Assembly: GCF_004010195.1 (NCBI RefSeq)
Contig: NC_057753.1
Coordinates: 224,668 to 244,667 of the forward strand
DNA: 20,000 nucleotides
Reading direction: 5' to 3'
From: Chiloscyllium plagiosum
Taxonomy: Eukaryota
The translations under genes and the position numbers were made by a program. Below the pieces are notes generated by a model. It was not told the DNA's origin. It saw only the letters and a program-made list of their open reading frames with translations, and made no database searches. Below, piece after piece: positions 19,687-20,000 of this stretch. The stretch's first letter is position 1. Each line of letters opens with the position of its first letter.

Positions 19687-20000
19687 CTCTCCCATTCCCC
19701 CCCCCCCCCACCGCCCTCCCACCCAACCGGGAGCGGCTGACTGAGGAAAGGGACCCGGGTTAGCTCGTGAGTCGGGGGCTGGCAGGATTGGGGTTCTTCT
19801 AACCTCCTGTTCGCTTCGGGCGGGGGCAGAAGGGATTTGGGGGGGGGGGGCGCGCGTGTGTCCTGTTTTAACGGGGTTTAGGGAGGGGTTGGGGTATTGG
19901 GTTAGGGTGGGGTGGGCGGTGGGTGTTTTAATAACCCCGGGGACTTTTTTTAACATCGGCCTCCAGTCGAATGGCTGGCGCCATCTCTTACCCAGAGCTT

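Noticed and set aside
18367..19956. 529-aa antisense ORF and 371-aa alternative-frame ORF over the ZNF
   Set aside because: Expected shadows of a repetitive CDS with extreme G/C third positions; no independent protein features.

Overview
Vertebrate genomic DNA, most likely shark (inferred from the CR1/HER1-type LINE and HE1/V-SINE-type repeats). Positions ~1-12,900 are almost entirely nested, decayed retroelements: CR1 LINE fragments, tRNA-headed SINEs, two probable solo LTRs and Penelope-like terminal fragments. A CpG island at ~12,950-14,350 carries promoter motifs facing both ways, and a probable first coding exon of a minus-strand gene. A repeat-rich intron follows, including an exact-period 52-bp SINE-derived minisatellite, then a GC-rich exon encoding 11 C2H2 zinc fingers (ATG 18556, stop 19686). 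The most interesting signal is four minimal type-I hammerhead-ribozyme motifs in two families of short Penelope-like elements. They include one intact core, a stem-II compensatory change, a U3-A8 core variant and a fold-back insertion; two of the insertions have clear target-site duplications (TSDs). All family names come from recognition only; no searches were run.
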